The notes: a model not told the origin generated them from the sequence alone. A stretch of DNA of 64,000 nucleotides from Candidatus Eiseniibacteriota bacterium (GCA_044222065.1 JBGAOA010000005.1:22971-86970), one strand, 5' to 3'. Counted from the stretch's first letter, positions 49,856 to 62,804 are shown. Program-made: numbers and translations.

Positions 49856-50202
49856 CCGGTCCGTTCGCAGCGTCGCCCGGCACCGGGCGGCCGCGGCGAA
49901 CCGCGGCGGGACTCGCTCTCACTCCTCCCGCCGTGCACTCGCGGTTTCGATCGCCCCGAAATCCCGCTCACCGAGTCGCAGTTCGCTGCCGAACATTGAG
50001 GATGACGTTCCGGCCCCTCTGAGGCCGGAAGCCGCGCTTCGAATCGCTCGCTCGCGTCTCGCCCCCGGCGTGGCTCCGCCGCGCCACCCACGACCCACTG
50101 AGGCCACGCGGAATCGTTTCCGCCCCCACGGCCACGCCGTCGCTCCCGCGCCTTCGGCGCGCCGTTGCGGCGGAAACACTCCTCTTCGAAGGCGAACCTC
50201 CG

Positions 50203-51474
50203 ATGGAAACCCAGGCGACGCCGATGATGGAACTCACCCAGCTCAAGGGCATGACCATGTCCGAGCTGCTCAAGTTCTGCGGCGAGCTCGGCATGGAAGG
50301 CACGAGCGGGCTCCGCAAGCAGGAACTCATCTTCAAGATCCTCGAGGCCCAGACCGAGCGGAACGGCCTCATCTTCGCCGAGGGCGTGCTCGAGATCCTG
50401 CCCGAGGGCTACGGGTTCCTGCGCTCGCCGATGTTCAACTACCTGCCCGGCCCCGACGACATCTACGTGTCGCCCTCGCAGATCAAGCGCTTCGACCTGC
50501 GCACCGGCGACACCGTTTCGGGGCAGGTGCGGCCGCCGAAGGAGGGCGAGCGCTACTTCGCGCTGCTGCGCGTCGAGGCGGTGAACTTCGAGAGCCCCGA
50601 GGCGGCGAAGGGCAAGATCCCGTTCGACTCGCTCACGCCGCTCTATCCGAGCGAGAAGCTGAACCTCGAGAGCAAGGACCGCTGCCTGGAGACGCGCATC
50701 ATCGACCTGCTCTGTCCGTTCGGGAAGGGGCAGCGCGCGCTGATCACGTCGCCGCCGAAGGCGGGCAAGACGATCCTGCTGCAGAAAATCGCGAACGCGA
50801 TCAGCGAGAACCACCCCGAAGTCGCGCTGATCGTGCTGCTCATCGACGAGCGGCCCGAGGAAGTGACCGACATGCAGCGCACGGTGCGGGGCGAAGTCGT
50901 GTCCTCGACGTTCGACGAGCCCGCCGAGCGCCACGTGCAGGTCGCCGACATGGTGATCGAGAAGGCGAAGCGGCTCGTCGAGCACAAGCGCGACGTCGTG
51001 ATCCTGCTCGACTCGATCACCCGGCTCGCGCGCGCGCACAACACCGTCGTGCCGCACTCGGGCAAGATCCTTTCGGGCGGCGTGGACGCGAACGCGCTCC
51101 AGCGGCCGAAGCGCTTCTTCGGCAGCGCGCGCAACATCGAGGGCGGCGGATCGCTCACGATCATCGCGACGGCGCTCATCGAGACGGGCTCGCGCATGGA
51201 CGAGGTGATCTTCGAGGAGTTCAAGGGCACCGGGAACAGCGAGCTCGTGCTCGATCGCAAGATCTCGGACAAGCGCATCTTCCCGGCGATCGACATCAAT
51301 CGTTCGGGCACGCGCAAGGAAGAGCTGCTGATGAGCGCGGAGACGCTCCAGCGCGTGTGGATCCTGCGCAAGTTCCTGAACGAGCTGAATCCCGTCGAGG
51401 CGATGGAGTTCCTGATGTCGCGCATGAGCGACACGAAGACGAACAAGAAGTTCCTCGAGAACATGAACTCCTGA
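50203..51474 (+). CDS. rho: Transcription termination factor Rho
   Basis: [40 protein letters not shown]. Confidence 0.98.
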   Translation: METQATPMMELTQLKGMTMSELLKFCGELGMEGTSGLRKQELIFKILEAQTERNGLIFAEGVLEILPEGYGFLRSPMFNYLPGPDDIYVSPSQIKRFDLRTGDTVSGQVRPPKEGERYFALLRVEAVNFESPEAAKGKIPFDSLTPLYPSEKLNLESKDRCLETRIIDLLCPFGKGQRALITSPPKAGKTILLQKIANAISENHPEVALIVLLIDERPEEVTDMQRTVRGEVVSSTFDEPAERHVQVADMVIEKAKRLVEHKRDVVILLDSITRLARAHNTVVPHSGKILSGGVDANALQRPKRFFGSARNIEGGGSLTIIATALIETGSRMDEVIFEEFKGTGNSELVLDRKISDKRIFPAIDINRSGTRKEELLMSAETLQRVWILRKFLNELNPVEAMEFLMSRMSDTKTNKKFLENMNS

Positions 51475-51511
51475 GTCCGCGCGTGCGCCGGACGGTTCCC
51501 GGGAGGCGCTC

Positions 51512-52144
51512 GTGACGGCGAACCGCACCGCCGCCGCCGTGCTCGTGCCGGTGTTCCGCGACCGCGAGGGCCGCGCCCGGCTGGTGCTGATCGTGCGCGC
51601 CGAGCGCGGCGTTCACGGCGGTCAGCTCGCGTTCCCGGGCGGCGTGCGCGAACCGGGCGACGCGTCGCTGCTCGAGACGGCGCTGCGCGAGGCCGCCGAG
51701 GAGATCGGGCTCGCGCGCGAGCGCGTCGAGGTGCTCGAAGCCCTGCCCGTCTTCGAGACGCGCTCGACGGGATTCGCGATCGCGCCGTTCCTCGCGCGCA
51801 TCGCGCCCCCGCACGCGTGGCGCCCGGCGCCCGACGAAGTCGCCGGCGTGCTCGAGCCCGCGCTCGACGAACTCGCCGATCCCGCGGCGCGCGGCACGAG
51901 CCTCGAGCGCGTCTCGCTCCGGCCCGATCCGATCGAAGGCTGCGCATCGTCGAACCTCTGCTCGAGCGCTGGACGAACGGCGAACTCGCGGTGTGAGTCC
52001 GGACGATCGGAGTGCTCGGACACGGACGCCGTCGACAAAGTGACGAAAACCGGAAAGTCCTTCCGGTTGGACGCGACGCAACGCACTTGGGCCTTGCACT
52101 GCCGTTTCATCGCGGCGGATGCTGGCGCAGTGCGAATCGCGTGA
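51512..52144 (+). pseudogene. Nudix CoA pyrophosphatase (NudL-like), similarity ends at about 51937
   Basis: AAVLVP, HGGQLAFPGG, ETALREAAEEIGL; the expected C-terminal (I/L)WG.T motif is absent and is replaced by atypical sequence. Confidence 0.6.
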
Positions 52145-55100
52145 AGCGCTTCACACGCCGGTGATCGCAGTCGCGCTGGCCGCTTCCCTCCCCCGGCCGT
52201 CGAGCGAAATCGCGCGCTGCCTTCTCCGGCATCGTTCGCCGTACGCCGTGCTCTCCCAGGCCGCCGTGCATTCGCGCCCACGCGCGAGGACGGGCGGTCC
52301 TGCTCCACGGGACGACCGCTTGAACCCTGCGCTGGATGCCGACGTTCGTCACGATCCGAACGGAGTGGTGCGCGAGTACGGTGATGGCGCGCTCCGCCTG
52401 CTCGGATGCGATGTCGGGGGCGATGCCCCGCGCTTGCTGCTGGAGTGCGTGACCGCCGAAGACCGCGAGCGCGTCGCGAGCGCCCTGCAGCGCGCAGCGC
52501 TCGGCGATGCCGTCGGTCCGTTCCGCGCGCGGCTCGTCGCCGCGAACGGAACCTCGTGCGCGATCGAATGGACCGTGCGCGCCGGTCGCGACGCGCGCGG
52601 CGAGATCGTCGAACTCGAGAGCGCGTGGCGCGAGCTCGGCGCGTCCGACGTGGCGGACGCCGGTTCGGCGCGACGCACGCGCCACAGCGACGCGGGCGTG
52701 CTCGAGCGCAGCGCGAGCCTGCGCCAGATGCTCGAAGCGATGCCGCACGCCGCACTGCTCGTCGCGGACGACCTCCGGATCGTGGCGGCGAACGAAGCGT
52801 CCGAACGGCTGTTCCTCCGGACGCGCGCGGAGCTGTGCAATCGGAGCGTGCCCGAGATCGTCCCGGGGTTCCGGAGCGAACGCGACGAAGCGCGCGCCGC
52901 GACTCCCGAGACCGGCATTCGCGGCGACGGCACTCGCTTCCCGATCGACGCCGCCGCGCGGCCGATCCGGACGCGCGAGGGCGTGCTGACGCTCGTGACG
53001 TTCGCCGACCTCTCGCCGCGGCGGCGCGCCGAATCGGAGCTGCTCGAGAGCCGCCAGCGGCTCGCGCTCGCGCTCGAGGTGGCGCACATGGGCTGGTGGG
53101 AGTGGGATCCCGAGAGGGACCTCGTGTTCTGCAGCGAGGAGTGCGCGCGTCACTACGGCAGCGCGCTTCCCGGATCGAGCCTCGACGAGTTCCTGGAGCG
53201 GCTGCATCCCGACGAGCGCGCGGCCGCGTTGCTCGCGATCCGGAACGCCGAACGGACGAGGGGCTCGTTCGCGTTCGAAGCCCGGACGACGCACTCCGGC
53301 GAGCGCGCCGCGTGGCTCCGCCACGTCGGCCAGTGCCTCGAATCGGCGCCCGGGCGCGCACCCCGCGTGCTCGCGACCGTGACGGACGTGACCGAGCGAC
53401 ACGCGACCGCGGAGGCCCTGCGGCAGCTCGCGGAATCGCGCCAGGTCGCGCTCGACGTCGCACGGCTCGGCACCTGGCAGCACGACATCGCGAGTGATCT
53501 CTTCACGGCGGACGGGCGCGCCCGGGAGCACATCGGCCTCGACCGCGAGGAAGTGCCGTTCCCGGTGCTGCTCGCGACCGTGCATCCGGACGATCGAGCG
53601 CGCATGGGAGAGGCCGTGGCGCGCGCCCACGCGGGGGAGAACGGCGGACGGGTGACGACCGAGTTCCGCCACGTCAGTCCCGACGGCCGGGTGCGATGGC
53701 TCCAGGTCGAGGCGCGGATCGAGTTCGAAGGCGAGGCGGACTCGCGGCGCCCGATCCGCGCGATCGGCACGACGCGCGACATCACCGAATCGCGGCGCGC
53801 GGAGGACGCGCTACGGGAGCGGTACCGGCTGCAGGCCCAGCTCGCGCGGGTCGCCGAGACGGCGCCCGGCGCGCTGACCTCGTTCGCGATCGGTCCGGAC
53901 GGCCGCGAGTACCTGTCCATCGTCGGGCCTCACGTCGAGCAACTGTTCGGCTACACGGCCGAGCAGCTCACCGACGCGCCTTCGCGGCTTCGCGAGCGCA
54001 TTCACCCCGACGATCTCGAGCGCAGCTACCGGACGATCCTCGAATCCGCGCGGACGCTCGAGCCGTGGCGCTGCGAGTACCGCGTTCTGCACCCGACGCG
54101 CGGCGAGATCTGGGTCGAGGGCCACTCGCAGCCCGAACGCCAGCCCGACGGCGGCACGCTGTGGTCGGGGTTCTTGCGCGACATCACCGAGCGCAAGCAC
54201 GCCGAAGAGCAGTTGCGCACCTCGCGCGCCCAGCTCATCGCCGCGCTCGAGGTCGGCCGCATGGGCACGTGGATCTACGACGGTCCCGCGACGCGCATGC
54301 AGCTCGGCGTCAAGCTCCTGAGCCTGTTCGGAGTTTCAGCGGAGGAGCCCCAGACGGTGTCGTTCCAGCGCTGGCTCGAGTTCGCCCACCCGGACGACCG
54401 CGAACGGATCTCGCACGACTTCCGCGACGCGCTCGAACGTTCGACCGACCTGTTCCAGGAATTCCGCGCGCTCCACGCCGACGGCTCGACGCGCTGGCTC
54501 TCGCTTCAGGGGCGCATCGAACGCGACGCGCAGGGCGGCGCCGTGCGCGCGCTCGGCATCGGCCGCGACATCACGCACCAGAAGCTCGCGGAAGAGGGCC
54601 TCGTGCGCGCGCAGAAGCTCGAAGCGCTCGGCACGCTGGCGGGCGGCATCGCGCACGACTTCAACAACATCCTGTTCGCGATCGGCGGGAACATCCAGCT
54701 CACGGCCGCGGAGCTGCCCGAGGGACATCCGTCGCGGCGCACGCTCGCCGAGGTCGAGCAGGCCTGCGCGCGGGCCGCGGGGCTCGTGAAGCGCATCCTC
54801 GCCTTCAGCCGGCCGCATCCGCCGCACCGGGAGACGCTGCGGCTCGGCCCGGTGCTCGACGAGGCGATCCAGCTCGTGCGCGCGACGCTGCCGGCCATGA
54901 TCCAGATCCGCACCCGCGTGTCGCCCGACCTGCCGCCCGTGCTCGCCGACTCGAATCAGTTCCACCAGCTCGTCGTGAACCTCGTGACGAACGCCGCGCA
55001 CGCGATCGGTTCCCGGCCCGGAGCGGTGGACGTGTCGCTCGACGCGGTCACGGTGGACGAAGTCGCCGCACGCGACGTCGCCGGGCTTCGAGAGGGCCGC

Positions 55101-55739
55101 CACGTCGTGCTCACGGTGCTCGACGACGGCGTCGGAATGTCGCGCGCGACGCTCGAGCGCATCTTCGACCCGTTCTTCACGACGAAGCCCCCGGGCGAGG
55201 GCACCGGGCTCGGCCTCTCGATCGTGCACGGCATCGTGCGCGGGCACGACGGCGCGATCGCCGTCGAGTCCGCGCCGGGCGCGGGGGCGAAGTTCCGGAT
55301 CTACCTGCCCGCGGTCGACTCCGAGGTCACGGCGCCTCCGCGGCCGAACGAGCGCGTCGCATCCGGCGGGGGGCGCCACCTGCTCGTCGTGGACGACGAG
55401 GAGATGCTCGTGGCGCTCGCGGTGCGCATGATGGAACGGCTCGGCTACCGCGTGACCGGAATCCAGGATCCCGCGCGCGCGCTCGTCGCGTTCCGCGCCG
55501 ATCCGGCGGGCTTCGACGCCGCGGTCGTGGACTTCTCGATGCCCGGCATGTCGGGCATCGAACTCGCGCGGCACCTGCTCGCGCTGCGATCCGACCTGCC
55601 GGTGCTGCTCACCTCGGGCTACCTCGGCGCCGAGGACGAGCGCTCGCTCACGACCATCGGCATTCGCGCCGTGGTGCCGAAGCCGTTCACCGCCGAGGCG
55701 CTCGGCGACGCGCTCGCTCGACTCTTCGCGAGCGCCTGA
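52119..55739 (+). CDS. Cytoplasmic multi-PAS hybrid histidine kinase (about 6 PAS + HisKA + HATPase + REC); start uncertain
   Basis: Repeated HPDD(R) / RDITE PAS-PAC motifs; GGIAHDFNN; FFTTKPPGEGTGLGL; C-terminal REC. Confidence 0.9.
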   Translation: MLAQCESREALHTPVIAVALAASLPRPSSEIARCLLRHRSPYAVLSQAAVHSRPRARTGGPAPRDDRLNPALDADVRHDPNGVVREYGDGALRLLGCDVGGDAPRLLLECVTAEDRERVASALQRAALGDAVGPFRARLVAANGTSCAIEWTVRAGRDARGEIVELESAWRELGASDVADAGSARRTRHSDAGVLERSASLRQMLEAMPHAALLVADDLRIVAANEASERLFLRTRAELCNRSVPEIVPGFRSERDEARAATPETGIRGDGTRFPIDAAARPIRTREGVLTLVTFADLSPRRRAESELLESRQRLALALEVAHMGWWEWDPERDLVFCSEECARHYGSALPGSSLDEFLERLHPDERAAALLAIRNAERTRGSFAFEARTTHSGERAAWLRHVGQCLESAPGRAPRVLATVTDVTERHATAEALRQLAESRQVALDVARLGTWQHDIASDLFTADGRAREHIGLDREEVPFPVLLATVHPDDRARMGEAVARAHAGENGGRVTTEFRHVSPDGRVRWLQVEARIEFEGEADSRRPIRAIGTTRDITESRRAEDALRERYRLQAQLARVAETAPGALTSFAIGPDGREYLSIVGPHVEQLFGYTAEQLTDAPSRLRERIHPDDLERSYRTILESARTLEPWRCEYRVLHPTRGEIWVEGHSQPERQPDGGTLWSGFLRDITERKHAEEQLRTSRAQLIAALEVGRMGTWIYDGPATRMQLGVKLLSLFGVSAEEPQTVSFQRWLEFAHPDDRERISHDFRDALERSTDLFQEFRALHADGSTRWLSLQGRIERDAQGGAVRALGIGRDITHQKLAEEGLVRAQKLEALGTLAGGIAHDFNNILFAIGGNIQLTAAELPEGHPSRRTLAEVEQACARAAGLVKRILAFSRPHPPHRETLRLGPVLDEAIQLVRATLPAMIQIRTRVSPDLPPVLADSNQFHQLVVNLVTNAAHAIGSRPGAVDVSLDAVTVDEVAARDVAGLREGRHVVLTVLDDGVGMSRATLERIFDPFFTTKPPGEGTGLGLSIVHGIVRGHDGAIAVESAPGAGAKFRIYLPAVDSEVTAPPRPNERVASGGGRHLLVVDDEEMLVALAVRMMERLGYRVTGIQDPARALVAFRADPAGFDAAVVDFSMPGMSGIELARHLLALRSDLPVLLTSGYLGAEDERSLTTIGIRAVVPKPFTAEALGDALARLFASA

Positions 55740-55745
55740 CGCGCC

Positions 55746-57551
55746 TCACGGCGCGGCCCACTCGGCCCGCGGGTTCAGGAAGAAGCGCCGCAGCGCGCCG
55801 CCCGTGCGCGCATCGGCGAGCCGCCGGTCGATGCCGTAGAGATCGGGGCGGAACTGCACCGTTCCGCTCGAGTCCACCCACGCCGTGCGGTACTCGAAGT
55901 CCACGGGCACGCGGCGCTTGAGCGGCACGCGCCGCCACGTGAGCGTCTTCAGGTACGCATCGAGCGAGTCGGGCTCCTCGAGCTTCGTGCCGCGAAGCAG
56001 CCAGAGCGCGAGTCGCGCGGGATCCTGCACGCGCACGCAGCCGTGGCTGAACGCGCGTCGCTGCGCCTTGAAGAGGCCGCGCGCGTTCGTGTCGTGCAAG
56101 TACACGTCGTATTCGTTCGGGCACATGAACTTCACGAGCCCGAGCGGGTTCTCGCCGCCCGCGGGCTGGCGCACGAGGAACGGGAACGAGTCCGACGCGA
56201 GCGTGCTCCAGTCGACCGATGCGGCGGTGACGAGCTGCGGGATCTTGCGGTCCACGCGCCACACCTCGAGGCCCTGCTTCGAGACCGCGCCCGTGTCGCG
56301 CTTGAGCGCGGGCAGGATCTCCTCGGCGATGATCCGCTTCGTCAGCGTCCACGTCGGATTGAGCTCGAGGAACGTCACCGTGTCGCTGAAGATCGGCGTC
56401 GGGTGAGAAGGCTTGCCGACGACGATCGCGTGCGTCTCGATGATGCGATCGCTGTCGCGCACGGCGAGCGCGAACCCGGGCACGTTCACCTCGATCCGCG
56501 GCTCCAGGTAGGGCCGCTGCCGCCAGCGCAGTCGCTCGAGGTTCCAGACCATCGTCTCGATGCGCGCCTCGATCGGCACTTCGAGCTGCCGGCTCGTCGC
56601 GGTGTCGAGCTTGCCGCTCGCGAACAGGCCGTGACGCCGCTGGAAGCGCCGCAGCGCGTCGCGCAGCGCGTTCGGCCCGCTCGCCGACGAATCGAGATCG
56701 CCGCAGGCGGCGAGCCGCGCGGTGAGCCGGTCCGCGACTTCGGCCTCGTCGCCGCGCTCGGACCACGCCGGCCAGCCGCCGCGCGCCGCGATCGCGCGGT
56801 AGCGGCGGAGGGCGTCGCGCAGCGCGCGCGCGTCGGGGGAGGGCGCGCCGAGTGCGTCGATCACGGCGGCGAGCGAATCCGAACCGAGCGCGCGCACGAG
56901 CCGCTCCGTCGCCGCCTGGTCCGCGCCCTTCACGCGCCAGCCGGGATCGAGGCTGTCGCGCGCGACGCGCCCGTGAGCGAGATCGAGCCCGTAGCGCAGC
57001 AGCGCCCGCGCGAGCGCGACGTCGAAGTGCGCGAGCCGTTCGGGCTCGGGGCGCGTCGCGCCGAAGCCTCGTTCGCGGAGCGAGGCCGCCTCGCGCACGA
57101 GCGCGGTCGCTCCGTACTGCGAGGGCTCGAGCCCCTGGCTGCGCGCCGCGAGCAGCAGCTGGATCGCACGGTCGGCGGCCGTGGTCGGCCCCTGCAGGTC
57201 GCACCACGCCGGGTGGTGATGGCGGTGCCGGTAGAACTCGCGCACGCCGCGCGCGGCGCCGCGCGCGCCGGCCTCGGCGTCGCCGCTCGTCGCGGTCGCG
57301 CCGCTGTCCATCGGTGCGACGACGTAGGCGCTCGTGTCGGGACCAGAGGCCTCGGCGAGACGGTGGATTTCGGCGATCAGCGGTTCGTCGGTCGGCGGTG
57401 CGCAGCCGTATGCGATCGCGAGGACGGCGGCGACGAGCGCGGCGCGAGCGGGAAGGCGAGACAGTCGTGGTGTCAGGGGACCGATCCGAGATGGGGATGC
57501 GAGGGGAGGGAACGGGACTGAGTTCGACCTGACCGGCGCGCAGGATGCCAC
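55746..57551 (-). CDS. L,D-transpeptidase (YcbB/LdtD-like), lipoprotein; start uncertain
   Basis: NLERLRW, IEVNVP, NPTW, NPLGLVKF, VYLHDT, FSHGCVRV, DLYGID. Confidence 0.9.
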   Translation of the reverse strand: MASCAPVRSNSVPFPPLASPSRIGPLTPRLSRLPARAALVAAVLAIAYGCAPPTDEPLIAEIHRLAEASGPDTSAYVVAPMDSGATATSGDAEAGARGAARGVREFYRHRHHHPAWCDLQGPTTAADRAIQLLLAARSQGLEPSQYGATALVREAASLRERGFGATRPEPERLAHFDVALARALLRYGLDLAHGRVARDSLDPGWRVKGADQAATERLVRALGSDSLAAVIDALGAPSPDARALRDALRRYRAIAARGGWPAWSERGDEAEVADRLTARLAACGDLDSSASGPNALRDALRRFQRRHGLFASGKLDTATSRQLEVPIEARIETMVWNLERLRWRQRPYLEPRIEVNVPGFALAVRDSDRIIETHAIVVGKPSHPTPIFSDTVTFLELNPTWTLTKRIIAEEILPALKRDTGAVSKQGLEVWRVDRKIPQLVTAASVDWSTLASDSFPFLVRQPAGGENPLGLVKFMCPNEYDVYLHDTNARGLFKAQRRAFSHGCVRVQDPARLALWLLRGTKLEEPDSLDAYLKTLTWRRVPLKRRVPVDFEYRTAWVDSSGTVQFRPDLYGIDRRLADARTGGALRRFFLNPRAEWAAP

Positions 57552-57637
57552 AGGACAGCGGCGATCGGGAGGCTGATATGCTGCGCGCCCCTCGCACGGT
57601 GCCGCGCCGCGACCGCCGACCCGAACCGGAGATCCGA

Positions 57638-59023
<1,386 letters not shown>

Positions 59024-59192
59024 GCGCCGGGCCCGGAGTGCACCGCCGGCGCCCCGGCGGCATCCGAAGCGCTCCGTTTGAACCGGGCCGGGCCGTTCGG
59101 GCATACTCCCGCGCTCGTTTGATCCCATACCCAGGCGGAGCGCTCGGCGCGTGATCGCGACCGGGGAACGCCGCCGTGGCGGAGAAGGTCCC

Positions 59193-59459
59193 ATGAAGGC
59201 TGGCATCCATCCGGTTTACGAACTGCGCACGTTCCACTGCTACGGCTGCAGCACCGAGTGGCAGACCCGCACCACGCTGGCGCCCGGAACGAGCGACGGC
59301 AAGGTTCACCTCGACATCTGTTCGCACTGTCACCCCTTCTTCACCGGCAAGCAGAAGCTGATCGACAAGGCCGGCCGCGTGGATCGCTTCCTCAAGCGCT
59401 ACGCCAAGAAGGGCGCCGACAAGACCGCCGACAAGTCCGCCGAGTCCGCGAACAAGTAG
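59193..59459 (+). CDS. rpmE: 50S ribosomal protein L31 (zinc-binding type)
   Basis: MKAGIHP, CYGC...[22 protein letters not shown]. Confidence 0.96.
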   Translation: MKAGIHPVYELRTFHCYGCSTEWQTRTTLAPGTSDGKVHLDICSHCHPFFTGKQKLIDKAGRVDRFLKRYAKKGADKTADKSAESANK

Positions 59460-59466
59460 CGACCCT

Positions 59467-59514
59467 CGCACGGCTTCCCGCGGGTTCACCCCGCCGGGAG
59501 GCCGTGCGTCTTTT
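59467..59514 (+). terminator. Intrinsic terminator after rpmE
   Basis: CGCACGGCTTCCCG...CGGGAGGCCGTGCG followed by TCTTTT. Confidence 0.7.
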
Positions 59515-59525
59515 CAGGAGCTGCG

Positions 59526-60461
59526 ATGCCGTTCCTTCCCGTCGGCGGCCAGGCCGTCATCGAGGGCGTGATGATGCGCTCGCCGTCGAAGGTCGCGGTC
59601 GCGGTGCGCCGTCCCGACGGCACGCTCGGCTACCTCGAGAAGCCGTTCTCGTCGGTGACGCGCCGCGTGAAGCTGCTCGGCCTGCCGGTCGTCCGCGGCG
59701 CCGTGTCGCTGTTCGAGACGCTCTACCTCGGCATGACCGCGCTCAACTTCAGCGCCGACGAAGCGTCGAAGGAAGAGGGCGTGGCGGCGGCGAAGCCGTC
59801 GGCGTGGCAGTCGGTCGCGCAGGGAGCCGTCGTCGTGTTCTCGCTCGGTCTCGGGATGCTGCTGTTCGTCGTGCTGCCCGCGCGCCTCACGACCTGGCTC
59901 GGCTTCCACGACCGCATCGGCTTCGGACTCGTGGACGGCGCGTTCCGCCTCGCGGCGTTCGTGCTCTACCTGCTCCTGATCAGCCAGTGGAAGGAGATGG
60001 CGCGCGTGCTCGGCTTCCACGGCGCCGAGCACAAGACGATCCACGCGCTCGAGGCGCGCGCGCCGCTCACGCCCGAGAGCGTGCAGACGTTCTCGCGCTT
60101 CCACCCGCGCTGCGGCACGACGTTCCTGTTCATCATCGTGCTCGTCAGCATCGTGGTGTTCACGTTCCTCGGGAAGCCCGCGCACCTGCGAGACCACCTG
60201 ACGCGCATCGCGTGCATGCCGCTCATCGCCGGCGTCGGCTTCGAGTTCATCCGGCTCTCGGGAAAGCACTTCGACAAGCCGTGGGTGAAGGCGCTGACCT
60301 GGCCGGGCATGCAGTTCCAGCGGCTCACGACGCGCGAGCCCGACCTCGAGATGTGCGCCGTCGCGATCGCGGCGATCGAGAAGGTGCGCGACGACGAGAC
60401 CGTGCGCGCGCTGGAGGCCGCCGGCGGCGAGGGCACGCGCGAGGTGGCGTTCATCCAATGA
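59526..60461 (+). CDS. DUF1385 membrane protein
   Basis: [29 protein letters not shown]. Confidence 0.92.
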   Translation: MPFLPVGGQAVIEGVMMRSPSKVAVAVRRPDGTLGYLEKPFSSVTRRVKLLGLPVVRGAVSLFETLYLGMTALNFSADEASKEEGVAAAKPSAWQSVAQGAVVVFSLGLGMLLFVVLPARLTTWLGFHDRIGFGLVDGAFRLAAFVLYLLLISQWKEMARVLGFHGAEHKTIHALEARAPLTPESVQTFSRFHPRCGTTFLFIIVLVSIVVFTFLGKPAHLRDHLTRIACMPLIAGVGFEFIRLSGKHFDKPWVKALTWPGMQFQRLTTREPDLEMCAVAIAAIEKVRDDETVRALEAAGGEGTREVAFIQ

Positions 60462-61540
60462 GCATGTGGGAGGCGCTGAAGAAGGTCGAAGCGCGCTTCG
60501 CCGAGCTCGACACGCTGCTCGCGAATCCCGCGGTCGCCTCGGACCCGCGCAAGCTGCGCGACCTGTCGCGCGAACGTTCGCGCCTCGAGGAGACGATTCG
60601 CACGCTCGAGGACTACCGCCGCGTCGAGCGCACGGTGCGCGACGACGAGGAGGCGGTCGCGAGCGGCGATCCCGAACTCGCCGAGCTGGCGCGCGCCGAG
60701 CTGCCCGAGCTCGAGGCGCGCCAGTCCGCGCTCGAGGAGACGCTCAAGAAGCTGCTCGTGCCGCGCGATCCCGACGACGACAAGAACGTGATCGTCGAAA
60801 TCCGCGGCGGCGTGGGCGGCGAAGAAGCGGCGCTGTTCGCCGCCGACCTCTACCGCATGTACACGCGCTACGCCGATCGCAAGGGCTGGAAGCAAGAGGT
60901 GATCAGCGCCACGCCGGCCGAGGCCGGCGGCTACAAGGAAATCGTGTTCGGCCTGACGGGCGAGGGCGTCTACCGCGAGATGAAGTTCGAGTCGGGCGTG
61001 CACCGCGTGCAGCGCGTTCCGGCCACCGAGGCCTCGGGCCGCATTCACACCTCCGCCGCCACCGTGGCCGTGCTGCCCGAGGTCGAGGACGTCGACATCG
61101 AGATCCGCGAAGAGGACCTGCGCGTCGACGTGTACCGGTCGGGCGGCCGCGGCGGCCAGGGCGTCAACACGACCGACTCGGCGGTGCGCATCACCCACCT
61201 GCCGACCGGCGTCGTGGTCACGTGTCAGGACGAGCGCTCGCAGATCAAGAACCGCGCGAAGGCGATGAAGGTGCTGCGCGCGCGGCTCTACGACGCGCGG
61301 CTGCAGGAAGCGCAGGCGAAGTACGCCGCGCAGCGCCGCTCGCAGGTCTCGACCGGCGACCGCTCGGCGAAGATCCGCACCTACAACTTCCCGCAGAGCC
61401 GCGTCACCGACCACCGCATCAACCTGACCCTCCACTCGCTCGCGAACTTCCTCGAAGGCGACCTGGCCGAGATGACCGATGCGCTGGTGGTGGCCGACAC
61501 CGCCGAGCGGCTCGCGGCGCTCGGCGCCGAAGCGAACTGA
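60458..61540 (+). CDS. prfA: Peptide chain release factor 1
   Basis: RVPATE (PxT), [19 protein letters not shown]. Confidence 0.97.
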   Translation: MSMWEALKKVEARFAELDTLLANPAVASDPRKLRDLSRERSRLEETIRTLEDYRRVERTVRDDEEAVASGDPELAELARAELPELEARQSALEETLKKLLVPRDPDDDKNVIVEIRGGVGGEEAALFAADLYRMYTRYADRKGWKQEVISATPAEAGGYKEIVFGLTGEGVYREMKFESGVHRVQRVPATEASGRIHTSAATVAVLPEVEDVDIEIREEDLRVDVYRSGGRGGQGVNTTDSAVRITHLPTGVVVTCQDERSQIKNRAKAMKVLRARLYDARLQEAQAKYAAQRRSQVSTGDRSAKIRTYNFPQSRVTDHRINLTLHSLANFLEGDLAEMTDALVVADTAERLAALGAEAN

Positions 61541-61626
61541 GCCGCGCTGTCGCGCGCGTGCGCGGCGGCGTGTCCGGCGTGGACGGCGGCGCGAGGTCGC
61601 TCGGTGTGGAGACCGGCGATTGCGCG

Positions 61627-61642
61627 CGGCACGCGCCCTGCA
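61627..61642 (+). promoter_or_regulatory. Possible sigma54 promoter of the peptide cluster
   Basis: CGGCACGCGCCCTGCA with correct GG/GC spacing, about 35 nt before the first gene. Confidence 0.4.
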
Positions 61643-61675
61643 GCGGAGACGCGGCATGAACGGGAGGGACGCGGC

Positions 61676-62167
61676 ATGAGCGACGGCGGACGGATCGAGC
61701 GCGCGATGGTGTTCGCGGGCTGGTCGCTCGCGGTGCTCGCGCTCGCGGGGCTCGCGCTGCTGTGGCAGCTCGACCGCTCTCGCCACCGCGAGGCGCCGCG
61801 CTGGCCCGCGCCGGGAGCGGTCGCGCTTCGCACCGCGCCGCCCGGCGGGGCCCGCCCCGTCGAGACGTGGGCGGTCGTCGTCCACCTCGGGTGCGCGGCG
61901 TGCCGCACGAGCCTCGCGGGCGTCGCCGCGACGCGCGAGCGGCAGCGCGCGCCGATCCGCGTCGCCGCGCTGCTCGTGGACGAGCCGCGCTCGCCCGCAC
62001 GCACGGCGTGGACGCCGCTTCCCGCCGAGGACGTCTGGTGGGACGCCGGGCAGCGATGGCGGAACGCGTGGGGGCGGCGCGCCTACGGAGAAGTGCTGTG
62101 CTTCGATTCGACCGGCGCCTTCGTGCGCGACCTCGGCCCGCTCTCGGAGCCCGTCGCGAATCGTTGA
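61676..62167 (+). CDS. Membrane-anchored thioredoxin-fold-like protein (CAAC)
   Basis: SD GGAGG; N-terminal TM; WAVVVHLGCAAC; VLCFDSTG resembles the final strands of the TlpA/Trx fold. Confidence 0.55.
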   Translation: MSDGGRIERAMVFAGWSLAVLALAGLALLWQLDRSRHREAPRWPAPGAVALRTAPPGGARPVETWAVVVHLGCAACRTSLAGVAATRERQRAPIRVAALLVDEPRSPARTAWTPLPAEDVWWDAGQRWRNAWGRRAYGEVLCFDSTGAFVRDLGPLSEPVANR

Positions 62168-62219
62168 GCGGCGCCGCGGCGCGGCGCCCGGAGTCACCCG
62201 CCCCCGCGGAGCGAGTGAC

Positions 62220-62804
62220 GTGCAGCATCGAAACGAGTGGCCCCCGCAGCGGATCACGGGCATCACCGTCGTCCTCGTGACGGCCGCTCTCTGGGGCGCG
62301 GCGTCGGCTCGCGAGCTCCCCGCGGCGCTGAGCCGCTCGACGACGCCCGCCGTGGGGATCGCGGCGTTGCTCGCCGCGCTCAAGCTCGGCGGCTTCGCGA
62401 TCGAGTCCGCGTACTACGCCTTCGCCGCGCGAGCGTGGGGCGCGCGTCCGCCGGTCGCGCGCGTGTTCGTCAGCGTGGCGTTCTTCTCGCTCATGGACCT
62501 CGTGCGCGGCTGGCTGCTCACGGACGCCGCGGCGGGCCTGCCGCTCGCCCTGCGCGCCGCGTTCGCGGGCGCGGACGCCGCTCACAGTGCTGCGGGCCGG
62601 ACCGGGTTCTCGGCCGCCTTCGGTTCGTTCGGCGTGCTCGTGCTCGTGCGTCTCGTCGGAACGGCGGACGCCGTGCGACGCCTCGGCGGCTCGCGCGCAG
62701 GGCCGCCCTTCGCCGCGGTCGCCGCCACGTGGCTCGCGACGCGGCTCGCGATGTGGTGGGGCATCGACCTGCTGCGCGGGGCCTCGCGCCTCGGCGGCGG
62801 CTAG
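62220..62804 (+). CDS. Multi-pass membrane protein (Yip1-like topology possible)
   Basis: About five hydrophobic segments; GGAG upstream of GTG. Confidence 0.55.
   Translation: MQHRNEWPPQRITGITVVLVTAALWGAASARELPAALSRSTTPAVGIAALLAALKLGGFAIESAYYAFAARAWGARPPVARVFVSVAFFSLMDLVRGWLLTDAAAGLPLALRAAFAGADAAHSAAGRTGFSAAFGSFGVLVLVRLVGTADAVRRLGGSRAGPPFAAVAATWLATRLAMWWGIDLLRGASRLGGG

Noticed and set aside
61648..61679. Direct repeat GACGCGGCATGA x2 before the CxxC gene
   Set aside because: Only 12 bp, no matching copy at the other end of the cluster; not supportable as an att site or target duplication.
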